DNA of 64,000 nt, taken from the NCBI GenBank assembly GCA_976226885.1, contig OZ320314.1, positions 109,120,001-109,184,000 of the forward strand, in the 5' to 3' direction. This DNA is from Iphione sp. A-MEVVRFRX5. Its lineage: Eukaryota. Shown here one piece after another: positions 59,101-64,000 of this stretch. Positions within the stretch are counted from its first letter, which is position 1; each line of letters begins with the position of its first letter. Position numbers and translations under genes: made by a program. Under the pieces are notes generated by a model that worked only from the letters and a program-made list of their open reading frames with translations, ran no database searches and had not been told where the DNA came from.

Positions 59101-60844
59101 TCACTCTCCTATATATATTATGACTTTCATGTATTTTCATATCATATCATATATATATGTACAGTAGCAACTCACCTTCAGTGACTCAACCAGGAGAGAA
59201 AGTCAGAATTAAGGGCATGTTTGGCTTGTCTTAATGGTTTGTTTTTGATGTAATCAATTTCTGTAGCAGACTAACTCAGAGAGGTAAGGACAAACATGTC
59301 TTGTCCCATTGACAGTCTTCTTCCTGAGTGGCTACTTTACACACATATACATGTACTATACCCGTGTCTGCGTGCCGGTATGCAATGTTGATCAAAGGTA
59401 GGGTTTGAGAAGATGTGTTACGTGAGTTTGCGAATTCAATCTTAAAAAGGAATAGCAAATGGTAGCTAACACAGACTCGTCAGTCCCCGAGTTCAGCCTG
59501 CCGCAGTCAGTGCGAGTCGACGCGGTGTTGATAAGCAGTCATTGCTTTATCGTAGTGCCACTCGGTCGGTCAGATTACTGAATTACTCGGGTATGCTCCT
59601 ATAAGAGAAGCCTGACGTGACTACATGCTGGTGGCTCAACATGCGAGAAGAAATTAACAACAGGGAAAAATCTAGAACAGACAAAAGCAATGCTTCGTAT
59701 GTGGAATCTATATAAGAAGCTTTGAATGTTTTTACAACGACGGAGAACGCCTAGCCAGGTGATTATTGTCAGAATTTTCCCGTGATACTTTTGCCGGCAT
59801 TTTGCATACATTAAATTCGAATAAATGATTAAAATGATTAAAAGTACACTAAAATTACAATATTCCACGATGACTCCAGACAAGACAGGCAACAGGTATG
59901 GGTGAATGCCGGTACAAAAAAAAACCAATGTAGAACATATCGTCACTCAAAAGTTTCGAGTCAATGTGACAAAAGAACAAATAGTTTCACACTTCAAGTA
60001 GGAGGAAGACGTCTCTATCGGTACAAGTGTACACGGGTGGGTGAAGGCACTCAACCTGCTCATTGACTGTACGAGAGCAGCTCACGCCGAGTGGACCCGA
60101 GCGGTTCTGACATGCCCGCTGGCCGAACGGCGGCCTCTTGTTTTGCCAGTAAGGCAATCTGTTTGTCTTTCTGGACCGCCACTGTGGGAGACGATGGCGC
60201 CCCCCCCCTCCCATTCCTCCTCCCAGTCCCACCAGATACACGCGCCAAGACAGCTCCTTGGTCCGCTTTGTTTGTTGATCAAATCACCAGGTTTGATTGT
60301 CAAGTGTCTGTCTTTGTAACCAACAGATGTACAAGTACGCGTGTGTTTGTTTTTTGAAGCCCTAATGGAAGACAAACAATAATAGAAAGACAAGAAGATG
60401 GACAAGAACAGAAACAGGGTGAACGAAAAAGACAGGAGAATACGGAGGAGGAATTGGGCAGAACTAGAGAGGGTTAAAGATAACAGGGAATTGTTTGTCC
60501 TAAGACTATATACACAAATAGAATGTGTTCCAAATATGATTATCAGCAATTTACCAAGCCGTCTCACAAATACAAACTGCCTTCAGCTGATACATACTTG
60601 AGTTGTCCGTGTTGAGTTTAATGTGCATGACACGTGTGGTAATTCTTAAATGAGTGCATTTCCGACTGACTTCAGCTTCAAAGCCGAAACATACTTGCTT
60701 TGCCGACCTATTGCACCGTGAGGAATAACAGTGCAATAACACTTATAGTTTACATAGCCTGTGGCAGGTCTATACACGCGACGAAAGCCGCTGCGTGGCT
60801 TCTCGTTCGTATCTGTAACTCTCACTGCGGTGGTCTAGAATGTG

Positions 60845-62110
60845 GCGAAGTGTATTGTACTACATACGTGGAGCCACAGGCTGTTGGCACGCGTTGAGCA
60901 GCGGGCATATTGTGCTAGGTGTAGGTTCTTGCTGCCAGTGCCGGTTGAGAAGTGAACATATTGTACTCCGTGGAGAGGCTGGCTGCTGGCACAGGTCAAG
61001 CAGAGACTGTACTGTACTATGTGGAGGCAATGGATGTTGGCACAACTCAAGCAGTGAGCATATTGCAGTATGTGGAGGGGCTGACTGTTAGTGCAGGTCC
61101 AAGGGTGAGCAAAGTGTACTATGTGGAGGAGCTATAGCTGTTGACATAGGTCAAATGGTGAGTTTATTGTTTACTATGTGGAGGCACTGGCTGTCAGGGA
61201 GGGTTGGACAGTGACTATAATTGTACTATGTGGAGTGGCTGGCTGTCAGTGTTCATCAAACAGTGAGTGTCTAAGTACAATGTGGAGGGCTGACTGTCCA
61301 CACAAGTAGAGTACCAAACATGTATTTTACTATGTGGAGGGGGCAGCTGTCAGTACAGGTTGAGCACAATGTGTATCGTAATGTGTAGAGGCACTGGCTG
61401 TTGGCACGGGCCAAACAGTGAATTTTACCATGGCGGGGGCGGGGGGGAGGGGGGGGGGGGCTGGCTGTCAGCAGGGGCCATGCAGTGCGAGTAGTGTACT
61501 ATGTGGAGGGGCTGTATGTCAGCATGGGTCAAGCAGGTAGGATACTGTACAATGTGGAGGGGCTTGCTGTTGGTGCAGATTATATAAGCAGTGTGAGGAG
61601 CTTGCTATCCGCAAGGATCAAGCGGGGAGCCGATTGTACTATGTGGAGGCACTGGCTGTTGGCATGGGTAAAACAATTTTAGTAGTGTACTACATACGGA
61701 GGGGCTTGCTGTTGGCAGATTTCAAATAGTCAGTGTCCCACGGGTAGGAGCACCAAGTGTATTATACTATGTGGAGTGGTGAGCAATCAGCACAGGTCCA
61801 ACACTGCGCGTATTGTACTATGTGGAGGGTTGTCTGTTGGCGTGGGTCAAATGGTGATCATATTGCATGTAGTAGGTGAAGAGGTTGGCTGTCTGCACTG
61901 ATTGAGGGGTGAGTGTTATTGTACAATGTGGAGGGGCTGCCTGTCACCATGGGTCAAGCAGTGAGTGCATGTTACTATGTACAGGGACTGCCTGTCTGCA
62001 TGGATCCAGCAGTGAGCATATCATCCTATGTGGAGGGGCCGGCTATCTGCAAGGGCCAAATCGTGAGCATATTGTATTATGTGGAGTTGCTGGCTGTCGG
62101 CGGTTCGAGC
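60845..62110. repeat. Degenerate minisatellite, about 51-bp unit (TATTGTACTATGTGGAGGGGCTGGCTGTTGGCACAGGTCAAGCAGTGAGCA)
   Basis: The core ATGTGGAGG recurs about every 51 bp (e.g. 61021, 61072, 61123), giving more than 20 diverged copies. Confidence 0.85.
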
Positions 62111-64000
62111 AGCTCTGCTGGTCAGTATCACGCGGGTCAGACCGGCCACGCGGGTCCCTTTCCGTCGGCCAACGAGGGGATTGGACTAAGTAACTCGAGG
62201 CGCCTGGGAAGCTCTCCTCTGAGTCCAGCTGCAGCAGGAAGTAAACGCTGGCGGTGTGAACATGTACATTCACAGTAGAACCTCGTGAATAGGGTTGTGG
62301 GGGGTAGGGAAGGGCCCAGGGAAGGTGTCCCTATGGGAGGGGGATGGTCCCAAAGTTCTGATTGGTATAATTACAATACCTATATGAAACGTTGCTCAGA
62401 AGTAGTTCCAGCCACGGAAGCCTGATCCCATTGTAGTGTGATGTGACAAAAGTGCTATGTTTTTGTTATACATTCATCTTTTTAAGGAAACAACATTACA
62501 ATAGAAGGTAGATAGTGTATATTTTGTATTTATTAAATACCTTTCATTAAAAACATGCTAACAGGCCCTACTTTTTGGAAGGCTGAGTATGAATACAAAG
62601 GGAATGCCCCTATGTCCAGTCAAGCAGAACTGAGGGTTATGGAATGCTATAGGAAGGGGTCAAAGTACAACACACAGAGAGAAAGCGGGGGGAGGAGCGC
62701 CGCCAAAGGCGCTTGTGTACAACCAAAAAATGATGCTGATCCAGCACCCAAAGTCCCAAGTCTAGAGATGTTCCCTGTCTTAAGTGTCCCTAGTGATGAG
62801 TTTCTACTGTAGAAGTATAGCAGGATGGCGATAAGCGGGCGGCGACCACGCGGGCTGATGGCGGCGGGCGACGGGCGGTAAGTACGGGACGGCGGGCCGC
62901 GACCGCGGGGGGCGGCGGGCGGCGGGCGGCGGGCGGCGGAGGCCGCGACCGCGCGGACGGCTGTTGGTCGGTCCTCCTGACGACACCCAGGAGGGCGTCA
63001 CCGTGACGGAGCGTCTCAGAGATAAGGCCAGCGTTCGTGCTGACAAGAGAACGGGACAGGGTCAAGGGAGCCAACGTGGGCCAAGTTACCACTGGCGTCG
63101 AAAGGACGCCTTATAATTATTGCTAAATGAGGTGTGGCTAATTGGGCTCTGCCAGACACAGCCTTGATCAGGGCCTCTTAGACCGTCCTTTCCACCGGCC
63201 GGAACCCCCTGTGGCCATCTTCATTATAATTTGATAGGCTCTTTGTGGTCTCCTTTTCCGATTATCTTCCCCTCTGGGCATCGCATGTGCGAAGTGTATG
63301 GTTTACACGCGGAAGCGGCTCGTCAAGTATGGCGGCTCATAGAAAGTGCTAATTTTACGGCGCTGAATGAAAGCATCCTATGGCTGCTTCTGGCGTATAA
63401 AAACTCTTGACTTTGTACAAACTACTGGGAGAAACTCTCACCAGTGATCATATACCCCCTCCTATAAGGGCAGCGGATGCCTGAAGGCATTCCCAGGGAA
63501 AAGCCTGATGATGCTTAAACGCATTCCCATAAAAAGGGCAAATGGTGCCTAGAGCTAGACATCATGGATGAAGATATATTTTAGGAGGATTTCTAGATTT
63601 TTTTGGTGATTTTTACTATAAATGATGAAAACTAAGCAGTGATAGTCACCTGATTTTTCATGAAAAAAAGACTTATAATTTTTATCTATTTTTGATGCAC
63701 TTTGCACTAAAATATTATCATTATCAAATACATGTATCCATCACCCTCTGAGATGTGCTTTGGCAAGGTATGCTCACCCTGTGGTGACATTTTGTCATAC
63801 CTGGTCCATGTCTGAAAAGGTTAAATCCCAGCTTCCTGGCAATAAAATAGGTGACCACCGGGGAAAGGTGGTTAGGTGTATATCACATACCATATCATTT
63901 CAAAGTGATCTCATAGTAGGAGCTAGGTGACCGCTGGAGAGAGGCGACTGTAGGAGTTCTTACTGCATACATGTATATGCATACTAAACACTCACCATGC

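Noticed and set aside
60398-60601. Possible Prrx homeobox exon (RRIRRRNW)
   Set aside because: It lacks RTTF, the helix pattern and WFQNRR. No homeobox exon was found in the window; it may lie downstream or in a gap.

Overview
This is eukaryotic (invertebrate animal-like) genomic DNA with two assembly gaps. The dominant feature is a complete, largely intact Maverick/Polinton (adintovirus-type endogenous dsDNA virus) at 8316-31911. It has AGTAGT...ACTACT termini, about 73-bp imperfect TIRs and a perfect 6-bp target-site duplication (CTTAAC). It encodes a protein-primed PolB, packaging ATPase, integrase-chromodomain, minor and major capsid proteins, a basic core protein, an adenain protease and several accessory ORFs. 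A 2.5-kb pogo/Tigger transposon sits inside polB. Removing it in silico restores one reading frame in which the polymerase ends in a NADAR (YbiA-like ADP-ribose/N-glycosidase) domain, and four phase-0 GT-AG introns add an acidic N-terminal extension. Right of the protease lies a divergently transcribed, apparently spliced pair of type-I membrane proteins with LRR-type cysteine caps and mucin-like stalks, reminiscent of an adenovirus E3-like host-interaction cassette. A second related Tigger lies just outside the right end. The host gene is a Prrx-type paired-class homeobox gene (exon 1 at 44646-45216; the homeobox exon was not found in the window). Its splice donor is embedded in a minisatellite and is followed by a 708-bp inverted duplication of a MITE plus flank. 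The remainder is MITEs, minisatellites and GC-rich putative regulatory islands. All alignments and counts were done by eye.
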